A stretch of 64,000 bases of DNA. It comes from an uncultured Heliobacteriaceae bacterium. Its GTDB lineage: Bacteria; Acidobacteriota; Blastocatellia; RBC074. Shown here piece by piece: positions 27,619 through 36,424 of the stretch; the first letter of the stretch is position 1, and each line of letters begins with the position of its first letter. The notes below the pieces were generated by a model. That model made no database searches and had not been told where the DNA came from. It saw only the letters and a list, made by a program, of their open reading frames with translations. The stretch spans positions 5,328-69,327 of the forward strand of contig CAYXVZ010000025.1 of NCBI GenBank assembly GCA_964468345.1, read 5' to 3'. A program made the position numbers and the translations under genes.

Positions 27619-29459
27619 AGAGCAAAATCGGGAATCGATTTCGACATATCGTAAAGGCCCATCTGTTGCGAATGAAAGGGCGCGTGCTGCTGGCCGCGCT
27701 TTGCATGACGGCCTATATCGTGGCGGAGCTGCTGGCGCCCTGGCCGCTGAAGCTGATTTTCGATCATGTGTTGCTCGAACGGCCGCTGCCTGCAAGCCTG
27801 GCTCCGATGAGCGGCCTTTTCGCGGCCGGCAAAACGACGGCGGTGGTCGCGCTGGCGGCATCGATTCTGCTGCTCGCATTGCTGCGGGGCAGCTTTTCCT
27901 ATGCGCAGCTCTACCTGACTTCCTTCATCGGACATCGCCTGGTGTTCACGCTGCGGCAGGAACTGTTCGCCCACGTACAGCGTCTTCCGCTCGGTTTTCA
28001 CCAGCGGACGCGGGCCGGAGAACTGCTCAACAAGCTGACCGGCGACACCCAGACGCTTCGCGATGTCTTTTCGGGAGCGGCTCTCGAATTCGCCACGCAG
28101 GTGCTGATTCTGATTGGAATGTTCTGCATTCTGTTTTTGCTCAACTGGCGGCTGAGCCTGGCGGCGCTGGCGACCTTTCCGTTTCTGGGGTACGCCATCT
28201 TTTCGGTCTATCGCAAGATCAAGATCTCGGCGCGCAAACAACGCGAGAAAGAAGGCCGGGTGGCCGCGCGCGTCAGCGAGGTCTTCGGCGCGGTGCATCT
28301 GGTCAAAGCCTTTGCCCGCGAAAATCACGAACAGAAACTTTTCGATGCCGAAAATTCCGAAACGCTGAACGACACGCTGCGCACCTCGCGGCTGGAAGCG
28401 CGCGCTTCGCGCGCGGTCGAGGTGATCAATTCCTGCGGCATCTGCCTCGTCGTTCTGTTCGGCGCGCTGCTGGTGGTGCGCGGCGAAATGACGCCCGGCG
28501 GCGTGTTGATTTTCACGGCGTATCTCACATCGATGTACAAGCCCCTGCGCAGCATGGCGAAACTCACCACGCAGTTTTCACGCGCGCAGGTGAGCGCCGA
28601 ACGCATTTCAATGCTGCTCGAAACCAAAACCGAAGAACACGGCGACGGCGGCGTCAAAGTGGGCCGGCTGCATGGCGACATCAGATTCGGGCAGGTGTGG
28701 TTCGGTTACGAGCCGTCGCAGATGGTCCTGCGCAGCGTCTCTTTCGCCATCCAACCCGGCCAACTGGTGGCGCTGGTCGGCTCGTCGGGCGCGGGCAAAT
28801 CGACGATCGCAAACCTGTTGATGCGGATGTATTCGCCGCAATCCGGCGCCATCTTTATCGACGGCCGGGACGCGCGCGGCATCGATCGACAGTCGCTTCG
28901 CAATCAGATTGCCGTGGTGCTGCAGGATTCGCTGTTGTTCGGCTTTTCCATTCGCGACAACATCGCCTATGGCAAGCCCGGCGCGACGATGGAAGAGATC
29001 GTGCTTGCGGCCAAACACGCGCACGCGCACGAATTCATTCTCGGGCTTCCCGATGGGTACGACACGATGCTCGGCGAACGGGGTTGCACGCTTTCCGGCG
29101 GACAACGCCAGCGCCTGTGCCTGGCGCGGGCGCTGCTCAAGGAATCCTCCATCGTTCTGCTGGATGAGCCCACGGCCGCGATCGATGCCGAATCGAGCGC
29201 CCTGATCGATCGAACCATTGCCGCGTGGCGGCGGGGCAAGACCACGCTCGTCATCACGCACTCGTTTTCGAATATGCAGAAATACGACAAGATCATCGTC
29301 CTCAAACAGGGAAAGGTTCTCGAAATCGGCACGCATCAGCAACTGCTCGCCGCGCGGGGATATTATTTCGATCTGTACCGATTGCAGGGCCGCGGCGGCG
29401 ACGACTCCCCGGCCCCGGCTCCGCCCCGCTATCGGGAACAGAGCATCATCAATCTATAG
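27615..29459 (+). CDS. ABC exporter, fused TMD-NBD (MsbA/type-I exporter-like)
   Basis: ATGA overlap. Six TM helices, then Walker A GSSGAGKST, Q-loop, signature LSGGQRQRLCLARAL, Walker B IVLLDEPTAAID, H-loop LVITH. Confidence 0.85.
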   Translation: MKSKIGNRFRHIVKAHLLRMKGRVLLAALCMTAYIVAELLAPWPLKLIFDHVLLERPLPASLAPMSGLFAAGKTTAVVALAASILLLALLRGSFSYAQLYLTSFIGHRLVFTLRQELFAHVQRLPLGFHQRTRAGELLNKLTGDTQTLRDVFSGAALEFATQVLILIGMFCILFLLNWRLSLAALATFPFLGYAIFSVYRKIKISARKQREKEGRVAARVSEVFGAVHLVKAFARENHEQKLFDAENSETLNDTLRTSRLEARASRAVEVINSCGICLVVLFGALLVVRGEMTPGGVLIFTAYLTSMYKPLRSMAKLTTQFSRAQVSAERISMLLETKTEEHGDGGVKVGRLHGDIRFGQVWFGYEPSQMVLRSVSFAIQPGQLVALVGSSGAGKSTIANLLMRMYSPQSGAIFIDGRDARGIDRQSLRNQIAVVLQDSLLFGFSIRDNIAYGKPGATMEEIVLAAKHAHAHEFILGLPDGYDTMLGERGCTLSGGQRQRLCLARALLKESSIVLLDEPTAAIDAESSALIDRTIAAWRRGKTTLVITHSFSNMQKYDKIIVLKQGKVLEIGTHQQLLAARGYYFDLYRLQGRGGDDSPAPAPPRYREQSIINL

Positions 29460-29501
29460 GCAGAAGCTTTTCCTCGATAACTTCTCATTCCGGAGAAAAA
29501 C

Positions 29502-32135
29502 ATGTTCAGTCTGAAATCGGCGATGGCTCCGCTGGGGCTCGCAATCGCCTTGCCATTGGTGTGTCTTGCGCAGAATACGGTTGCCGAATTGCCGGGAAAC
29601 TGGCCGATCCGCACGCCCAAATGGACGCAGGAAACGAAGACGTCCGGCCTGACGGGCACGGTGGAAGATCCAACCGGCGCCGTCATTCCGAATGCCGCGG
29701 TGACGCTGACGGGAAAAACGAACGGCCAGGTCAAAAAAGTCGTGGCGGACGCGGCGGGCGGTTTCAGCATTTCGGACGTGCCCGCCGGCGATTACATTCT
29801 CAAGGCAAAGGCGGAAGGCTTCGAATCCGCGGAGCGGGAGCTGAAAGTCGGCGCGGGGCCGATGGCGCCGATTCAACTGCAACTTCGCATTGCAGCCAAG
29901 GGCGAAGAGGTTAATGTGAGCGGCAAGAGCCGCGATGAGGAAGATCGCATCACGCTCGATCGCAACGCCGATCGACTGACGCTCGATGAAGACCTGCTCA
30001 AATCGCTGCCGTCGAACGCCGACAATATTCTCGGCGTTGCGGGCAATTTCGTTTCGCCGGGAGCGCTCGGCGGCGAAGGCCTCACCATCAGCGTCGATGG
30101 CGTCGAATCGGGCGGATTGTCGCTGCCGGCCAATTCGATCAAACGGCTGCGCATCAATCGCAATCCCTATTCGGCCGAATTTCGCCGGCCGGGCAAGGCC
30201 CGCATCGAAGCGCAGACCGATGAAGGCTCGTTGCGGCGTTTTCGGGGAAGGTTCGCAATGTACGCGCGAAACTCCGCGTTCGATGCGCGCAATGCCTTTG
30301 CGCGGACGCGCCCCGACCTCGACCGAAAGCTGTTCGAAGCAAATCTATCCGGCCCGATTCTCGCGAAGCGGATGGCCTTTCTGATCAGCGGCGAACGCCT
30401 GCTCAATGACGAAAGCGCGATCATCAATGCCCGCACCCTCGCCGGCCCGGTCGTGTCGAACGTCGTGACGCCCGAACGGCGAACCGGCTTTCTGGCCCGG
30501 TTGGAATATCGCCCCCGGGACAGCCACACGCTGTCGCTGCTGTACAACTATCGCGATCAGCTTGAAAGCAATCGCGGCATCGGCGGATTGCGCCTGGCCG
30601 AGCAGGCGATCAATACGCGGCAGCGAATCAACCGGCTGCAGTTCACCGATCGGCTGGTTCTTTCGCCCCGGCTGCTGAATGAATTTCGCGTTGTGGCGCA
30701 GCGTGAAAATCTGATTCGCGGCATGGCGGGCGCTTCGCCGGCGATCGTCGTCATCGGCGCCTTCACGGGCGGCCCGGCCGCGACCTTTCGAAAAGTCGAT
30801 GAAACCTCCGTGCGCATTGTGGACATCGCAAGCTATGTGGCCGGCCGGCATTCGCTCAAATTCGGCGGCGAGTTTCGCCCGAATCGCATTGCTGCGACCG
30901 ATCAATCGAATTTCGCGGGGACCTTCGAATTTTCGAGCCTCGATCAATTCGCGTCACAGCGGCCGTTTGTTTATCGCATCAATCGCGGCCTGCCGCAGGT
31001 CCTGTTCTCGCAGAACGAAGTCGCCGGTTTCATTCAGGACGATTGGAAGCTGCGCCGCAATCTGAACGTCGTGTTCGGCGCCCGCTATCAATGGCAACAG
31101 AATCTGGAAGACCGGAACAATATCGCGCCGCGATTGTCTGTGGCCTATCAGCCGGGCGGCGATCAAAAGACCGTGATTCGCGCCGGCATCGGCATGTTTT
31201 ATGAGCGCGTCGCCGAGGAAGTCACACAACGCGCCCGGCTTTATGACGGCGCGCGCATTCGCGAAACGGTGATTGCCAATCCGTCCTTTCCGATTGCGTC
31301 GCAACCCGCGGGATCGCAACCGCCGCCCAGCCTCGTTCGCGTCGCTCCCAACCTGCGCGCGCCCTATCTGTGGCAGGCAGGCGTCAGCGTCGAGCGCGAA
31401 CTGCGCAAGGGAACGCAACTCACCGTCGAATATCAGGCGCTCAACGGGCGCAAGCTGCTTCGCTCGCGCAATATCAACGCGCCGCTGCCGTCGACGGGCC
31501 TTCGTTTCGATCCGGCATTCCTGAATATCAATCAGGTGGAATCCTCGGCGGCTTCGCGCGGGCATTCGCTGGGACTGACCGTTCGCACACAGATCGGCAA
31601 GCGATTGCAGGCCATGGCGCAGTATGTTTATTCGCGGAACCGAAACGACACGAGCGGCCTGTTTTCCCTGCCGGCCAACAACTTCGATTTGCGGCCGGAA
31701 TGGGGCCGCGCCGATTTCGATCAACGACATCGTTTTAATCTGACCGGCACGGCGATGCTGCCCGCCGATTTTCAAATCGGAACGATTGTGAGCTTCGGGT
31801 CGAGCCTGCCCTATGACATCACGACGGGTTTTGACGACAACCGCGATTCAGTGGCGAATGACCGGCCCGCGGGGGGGACGCGCAATCTGGGACGCGGCCC
31901 GAATCTGGCCAGAGTCGATCTGCGGCTGACGCGCGCGTTTCGCATTCCGCGCCTGCTCGACCGGGGCCGGGATTCGACATCGAACAACCTCGAATTCAGC
32001 ATAGACATTTTCAATCTTTTCAATCGGGTCAATTTCAATAATTTCATCGGCGCGCAGAGCTCGCCCTTCTTCGGACGGGCCGCCGCCGCGGCCGAAGCGC
32101 GGGCATTGCAGTTTTCGAGCCGGTATAAGTTTTAA
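29502..32135 (+). CDS. TonB-dependent-receptor-like outer membrane protein with N-terminal CarboxypepD_reg domain
   Basis: Signal peptide. TGTVEDPTGAVIPNAAVTLTG..GQVKKVVADAAGGFSISDVPAGDYILKAKAEGF (CarboxypepD_reg). Long beta-barrel region ending ..FSSRYKF (terminal Phe). Confidence 0.8.
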   Translation: MFSLKSAMAPLGLAIALPLVCLAQNTVAELPGNWPIRTPKWTQETKTSGLTGTVEDPTGAVIPNAAVTLTGKTNGQVKKVVADAAGGFSISDVPAGDYILKAKAEGFESAERELKVGAGPMAPIQLQLRIAAKGEEVNVSGKSRDEEDRITLDRNADRLTLDEDLLKSLPSNADNILGVAGNFVSPGALGGEGLTISVDGVESGGLSLPANSIKRLRINRNPYSAEFRRPGKARIEAQTDEGSLRRFRGRFAMYARNSAFDARNAFARTRPDLDRKLFEANLSGPILAKRMAFLISGERLLNDESAIINARTLAGPVVSNVVTPERRTGFLARLEYRPRDSHTLSLLYNYRDQLESNRGIGGLRLAEQAINTRQRINRLQFTDRLVLSPRLLNEFRVVAQRENLIRGMAGASPAIVVIGAFTGGPAATFRKVDETSVRIVDIASYVAGRHSLKFGGEFRPNRIAATDQSNFAGTFEFSSLDQFASQRPFVYRINRGLPQVLFSQNEVAGFIQDDWKLRRNLNVVFGARYQWQQNLEDRNNIAPRLSVAYQPGGDQKTVIRAGIGMFYERVAEEVTQRARLYDGARIRETVIANPSFPIASQPAGSQPPPSLVRVAPNLRAPYLWQAGVSVERELRKGTQLTVEYQALNGRKLLRSRNINAPLPSTGLRFDPAFLNINQVESSAASRGHSLGLTVRTQIGKRLQAMAQYVYSRNRNDTSGLFSLPANNFDLRPEWGRADFDQRHRFNLTGTAMLPADFQIGTIVSFGSSLPYDITTGFDDNRDSVANDRPAGGTRNLGRGPNLARVDLRLTRAFRIPRLLDRGRDSTSNNLEFSIDIFNLFNRVNFNNFIGAQSSPFFGRAAAAAEARALQFSSRYKF

Positions 32136-32175
32136 CGATTGACATCATGACGCGACCTTACCTATCGTACCGTCC

Positions 32176-32757
32176 ATGACGGACTATATAGGTCTCTCTG
32201 ATGCCGAGTTGATTTCAATGTGCCTCAAGCAGGATGCCGGTGCATGGGAAGCCCTGATTCAGAGATACCACAGGCTCATCACTTCCATCACATTCAAATT
32301 CGCCCTTACGGCCGAAGACGCCGCCGATATTTATCAACTGGTGTGCATGCGGCTCTATCAGCAGATGGCGGGGCTGCGAAAACAGGAAAAGCTCAGTTCC
32401 TGGGTGATCACCGTCACGGTCCGCGAATGCTGGAAGCTGAAGAAACACCCCCTGCTGACGAACTCCCTCGATGCCCAGGCCGAGGCGGTCGGTTTTGAGC
32501 TGGCCGATGAACGAACGGTGCCGTTCGACGAATCGCTGGTCCTGATCGAAAAGCAGCACCAGATTCGGCGCGCGATGGAGCTCTTGCCTGAAAATTGCCG
32601 TCGCATGCTCGAAATGCTGTTCTTCGAAGACGAGCCTGCCTCCTATACCGAAATCAGCCAGCGGCTCGGGACGCCGGTCCCCAGCATTGGGCCGACCCGG
32701 GCCCGGTGCCTGGAAAAAATGAAACAATCCCTCAAGACCGTCGGCTTTTTACGCTGA
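32176..32757 (+). CDS. ECF-family RNA polymerase sigma factor
   Basis: Region 2 (..ALIQRYHRLITSITFKF..AEDAADIYQLVCMRLYQ..) and region 4 HTH (LPENCRRMLEMLFFEDEPASYTEISQRLGTPVPSIGPTRARCLEKMK). Confidence 0.85.
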   Translation: MTDYIGLSDAELISMCLKQDAGAWEALIQRYHRLITSITFKFALTAEDAADIYQLVCMRLYQQMAGLRKQEKLSSWVITVTVRECWKLKKHPLLTNSLDAQAEAVGFELADERTVPFDESLVLIEKQHQIRRAMELLPENCRRMLEMLFFEDEPASYTEISQRLGTPVPSIGPTRARCLEKMKQSLKTVGFLR

Positions 32758-32840
32758 CAATGTATTTTTTTCCCGTACCTGGCTCACTCATATGCCGGCC
32801 GGAAGGAGTGTCTTCGGCTTGCGCCCATGTCCAGCAACCC

Positions 32841-33491
32841 ATGGAGCTTCTGATTATGAAATGTCCTTCGATTGATCGATGGCTGAGCTACACACAAAAT
32901 CTGCTGCCCGAAGCCGATAAAGCTTTAATGTTCACGCACCTGCAGGAAGGGTGCGGAAATTGCAAAGAGAACCTGCAGTGGTTGGATGAGGTCGGGCGGG
33001 TGGCCCGGCAGGATCGATCATTTTTACTCCCCGAAGAAACCGTAAAAGGCATGGTGGCATGGTTCCGGTCGCAACCGGCGCCGGCTGGCGGCAAGCTGCG
33101 CCAACTGGTGGCAAGCCTGCTTTTTGACAGTGTTTTGCCGCTTCGCGAAGCCGCCGTTCGAAACGATTCAGCGGCATCCGTGCAGGCGGCCAGCCGGCAA
33201 ATGTTGTTTCAGACGGAAGGCTACGACATCGATCTTCGGTTCGAGTCCCTCGAAACGAGTCAGCAGGAAGACCTGCTCGGGCAGATTGTGTCTCAGGCGG
33301 AGCCGATTCCGGCTACAGAAACCGTGACAGTGCGCTTGTTGCAGGAAGAAGGGGAGAGCGCGATGGTTGAAGCGGATGCCTCGGGATTTTTCCGATTCGC
33401 GGGGATTTCCTCGGGCGTTTACGATCTGAAAATTGAGATGGCGGACGTCGAGATCCTGCTCAGCGAGATTCCAACCGCGCGGAAGAAATAA
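32841..33491 (+). CDS. putative zinc-finger anti-sigma factor with C-terminal CarboxypepD_reg-like beta-sandwich
   Basis: Directly downstream of the ECF sigma. HLQEGCGNCKENLQW (ZAS-like HxxxCxxC). C-terminal ..VTVRLLQEEGE..ADASGFFRFAGISSGVYDLKIE. Start 32841 or 32856. Confidence 0.55.
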   Translation: MELLIMKCPSIDRWLSYTQNLLPEADKALMFTHLQEGCGNCKENLQWLDEVGRVARQDRSFLLPEETVKGMVAWFRSQPAPAGGKLRQLVASLLFDSVLPLREAAVRNDSAASVQAASRQMLFQTEGYDIDLRFESLETSQQEDLLGQIVSQAEPIPATETVTVRLLQEEGESAMVEADASGFFRFAGISSGVYDLKIEMADVEILLSEIPTARKK

Positions 33492-33516
33492 TTCAGAAGT
33501 TGTTGCTGCATCCCGA

Positions 33517-36375
33517 ATGAAAATGGAAGTGACAAATAAATCGACGATACCCGAACTGGTTCACAGGCTGATCGATGCTTATCTTGGGACCGCGAACCAG
33601 GCGGCGGTCCCGAAGGGGGATATCGATTATCCGCTGATGGAGCAGTTCAAACGGGAAGTCGATCAATGGATTCGATCGGACGCGCGCCGCGCGCTGCAGA
33701 TCGCGGAACTGGCCGAGTCGCTTTCGAAAAAGGCGAGCGACCCGCGCGCCCGCGCGCTGGGAGCGCGGATGCGGGCGATGGCGCTGCACGTGCAGAGCCG
33801 ATATGCCGAAGCATTGGAATCTTATGAACAGGCGCGGTCACTCTATGCCGCCGCCGGTTGCGATGTGGATCGGGCGCGCGTGGAGCGCGCGATGGTGGAT
33901 GCCTGCATTTATCTGGGCGGCTATGATGACGCGCTTCGGCTGGCCGAGCAGGCGCGCGAAGTGTTCACGCGGCATCATGAAACGCTGCTGCTGGCGCAGC
34001 TCGAATCGAATGCCGGCAATATTTATCACCGGCTCGATCGCAATCTGGAGGCGCTGGCCTGTTATGACCGCGCCGACCGCGAATTTGCGGCGCTGGATGA
34101 CCGCGACGGCCTGGCCCGCGTTTCCTTCAATCGCGCGAACGTCTATTGCAATCTCGACGATTATCAGCAGGCCGAAATTCTTTACCAGCGCGCTTACGAT
34201 CTGCATACGGAACTGGAAAATCCGACCGGAGCCATGCAGGCCCGCTATAGTCTCGGGTACCTGCATTTTCTCCGCGGCGCTTATCACCAGGCGATGCGAA
34301 TCCTGGCCGAGGTGCGCATCGAGGCGATTCAACTCGGCGACGAACAGACGGCCGCGCTCTGCATTCTGGATCTGGCAGAAATTTACCTGCAGCTCAACGT
34401 GCTCGATGACGCCGCGACGCTCGCGACGGATGCGCGGCGCCTGTTTGAGCGGCTGGAGATGCGTTATGAAGCCGCCCGCGCGCTGACCTTTTTGGGCATT
34501 GCCAGCCTGCGGCAGGAAAAGCTGGCGGATGCGGAGCGCGCTTTCATCGAGGCGCGAAAGGAATTCGAGGCCGAGGGCAACCAGGTTCACCTGGGAATGA
34601 TCAGCCTTCACCAGGCCGAGATGCATCTGTTTCGCGAAGATTGGCTGCAGGCGAAGGCGCTGGCGGCCGAGGCGCGAGAGATATTCGGCCGGCAGCAGTT
34701 GCGCGCCCGCGCGTGCGCGGCGCAGATCGTGGAAGCCCGCGCCCTGCTCGGCAGCGGCGACCGTTCGCGCGAGCAATGCGAAACCATCGAGGCCTTGTGC
34801 GGCGAACTGGATCTGCACTGGCTCAAGGTGCAGGCGCATGAATTGCTCGGCGATGTCGCGCTGGCGGAAGGTCAGGCGGCGAATGCTTATGAGCAATACG
34901 CAGCGTCGATCGCCTGCATCGAACAGATCCGCAGCAGCATTCGCGTCGACGAGTTCCGCAGCGCCTTTTTCCGCGACAAGCTGCGCGTCTATGAAAAACT
35001 AATCAGTCTTTGCCTCGACGAACAAACGCCGCACCGCCAGGCCGAAGCCTTTTATTATCTGGAAGCTTCCAAATCCCGCACGCTCGTCGATCTTCTGGTC
35101 AATGAGATCGGCATGATGCCCGAGGCCGCCAGCCCGCAGGCCGCCGAACTCCATCGCCGCTGGAAAGAGCTTCGCGAAAAGCTGCACTGGCACTACAACA
35201 AAAGCAATCGCATCGAATCGCAGGGAAAAAGCCGTCTGCTCGGCGCCGATGAACGCGCGCGGCATGAGATTGCCTCGTGCGAGCAGGAGCTGTCTGCCCT
35301 GATGCGACAGTTGCAATACCAGGATCCGCATTTCCAGTGGTTGAAAAAACATTCGGGCATCACGGTCGAGGAACTGCGCGGCCTGCTCGATGAGGATGAA
35401 ATCGTCCTCGAGTATTATTTCGATCGGAACCAACTCGAAATCTTCGTGATCGATTGGCATTCGTTGTGCGTCCGGACAGGACCGGTCGATGTGCAAGCCA
35501 TCGGCGAACTGGTCCAAAAGCTTCGCTTCCAACTGAACCGATTCCAATACGGTTCGACCTATGTCGCGGCGCACGCGGCCCGCATGCTCAGGGAAGCGCG
35601 CGAATGCCTTCATCAATTATGGCAGGCCTTGATAGCGCCCGTGGCGGATTTGCTGCGCGAGAGAAAGCTGATCATCGTCCCTTTCGGCGGACTTCACAAC
35701 GTGCCTTTTCAGGCGCTCTATGACGGCGAACGTTATCTGATCGAAACCAATGAGCTGACGCAGATGCCCAGCGCGCAGCTTTTGAAATCCTGCTCCATCC
35801 CGGCGTCGAGGAATTATGAGCATGCCCTGCTCATCGGAGCGGCCGATGAAATTGCGCCCCAGATCACCCAGGAAACCCAGGCCATTCGCAACATCTTTCC
35901 CGAAGCCCGCTGTTTTCTCGGCGAAGAGGCGACCGGCGAGGCGCTGCTGCGGCACGCCGGTGAAAGCGATATTCTTCATATCGCCAGCCATGCCGTCTTC
36001 CGGCAAGACAATCCGATGTTTTCCGCGTTCAAGCTGGCCGATAAATGGCTCAATTTCTATGACATCTGCGGACTGAAACTGCCTGCCTCGCTGGTCACGC
36101 TCAGCGGTTGCAGCACAGGAACGAGCCGGATCTCCGCCGGCGATGAGCTGTTGGGATTGGCCCGCGGTTTTCTCACCGCCGGCGCGGATTCGCTGGTGGT
36201 CAGCTTGTGGGAAGTCGATGACGTCGCGACGGCCCGGCTGATGACCAGCTTTTACCAGCAATTACGATGCGGAAAAAACGCCGCCGCCGCCCTGCGGCGC
36301 GCCGTCATCGAGATCCAGGGAATTCACGAACACCCGTATTATTGGGCCCCGTTCGTGCTGATTTCCCGAATCTGA
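33517..36375 (+). CDS. TPR-repeat / CHAT-domain protein (caspase-like protease)
   Basis: N-terminal ~600 aa of TPR-like repeats. C-terminal CHAT with His/Cys dyad context ..DILHIASHAVFRQDNPMFSAFKL.. and ..LVTLSGCSTGTS.., ending ..HPYYWAPFVLISRI. Track start 33433 is over-extended. Confidence 0.8.
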   Translation: MKMEVTNKSTIPELVHRLIDAYLGTANQAAVPKGDIDYPLMEQFKREVDQWIRSDARRALQIAELAESLSKKASDPRARALGARMRAMALHVQSRYAEALESYEQARSLYAAAGCDVDRARVERAMVDACIYLGGYDDALRLAEQAREVFTRHHETLLLAQLESNAGNIYHRLDRNLEALACYDRADREFAALDDRDGLARVSFNRANVYCNLDDYQQAEILYQRAYDLHTELENPTGAMQARYSLGYLHFLRGAYHQAMRILAEVRIEAIQLGDEQTAALCILDLAEIYLQLNVLDDAATLATDARRLFERLEMRYEAARALTFLGIASLRQEKLADAERAFIEARKEFEAEGNQVHLGMISLHQAEMHLFREDWLQAKALAAEAREIFGRQQLRARACAAQIVEARALLGSGDRSREQCETIEALCGELDLHWLKVQAHELLGDVALAEGQAANAYEQYAASIACIEQIRSSIRVDEFRSAFFRDKLRVYEKLISLCLDEQTPHRQAEAFYYLEASKSRTLVDLLVNEIGMMPEAASPQAAELHRRWKELREKLHWHYNKSNRIESQGKSRLLGADERARHEIASCEQELSALMRQLQYQDPHFQWLKKHSGITVEELRGLLDEDEIVLEYYFDRNQLEIFVIDWHSLCVRTGPVDVQAIGELVQKLRFQLNRFQYGSTYVAAHAARMLREARECLHQLWQALIAPVADLLRERKLIIVPFGGLHNVPFQALYDGERYLIETNELTQMPSAQLLKSCSIPASRNYEHALLIGAADEIAPQITQETQAIRNIFPEARCFLGEEATGEALLRHAGESDILHIASHAVFRQDNPMFSAFKLADKWLNFYDICGLKLPASLVTLSGCSTGTSRISAGDELLGLARGFLTAGADSLVVSLWEVDDVATARLMTSFYQQLRCGKNAAAALRRAVIEIQGIHEHPYYWAPFVLISRI

Positions 36376-36424
36376 CAAGCAGGCGAAGACTCCCCCGACT
36401 TGCGTTTGCAAAGGAGATCGATTC

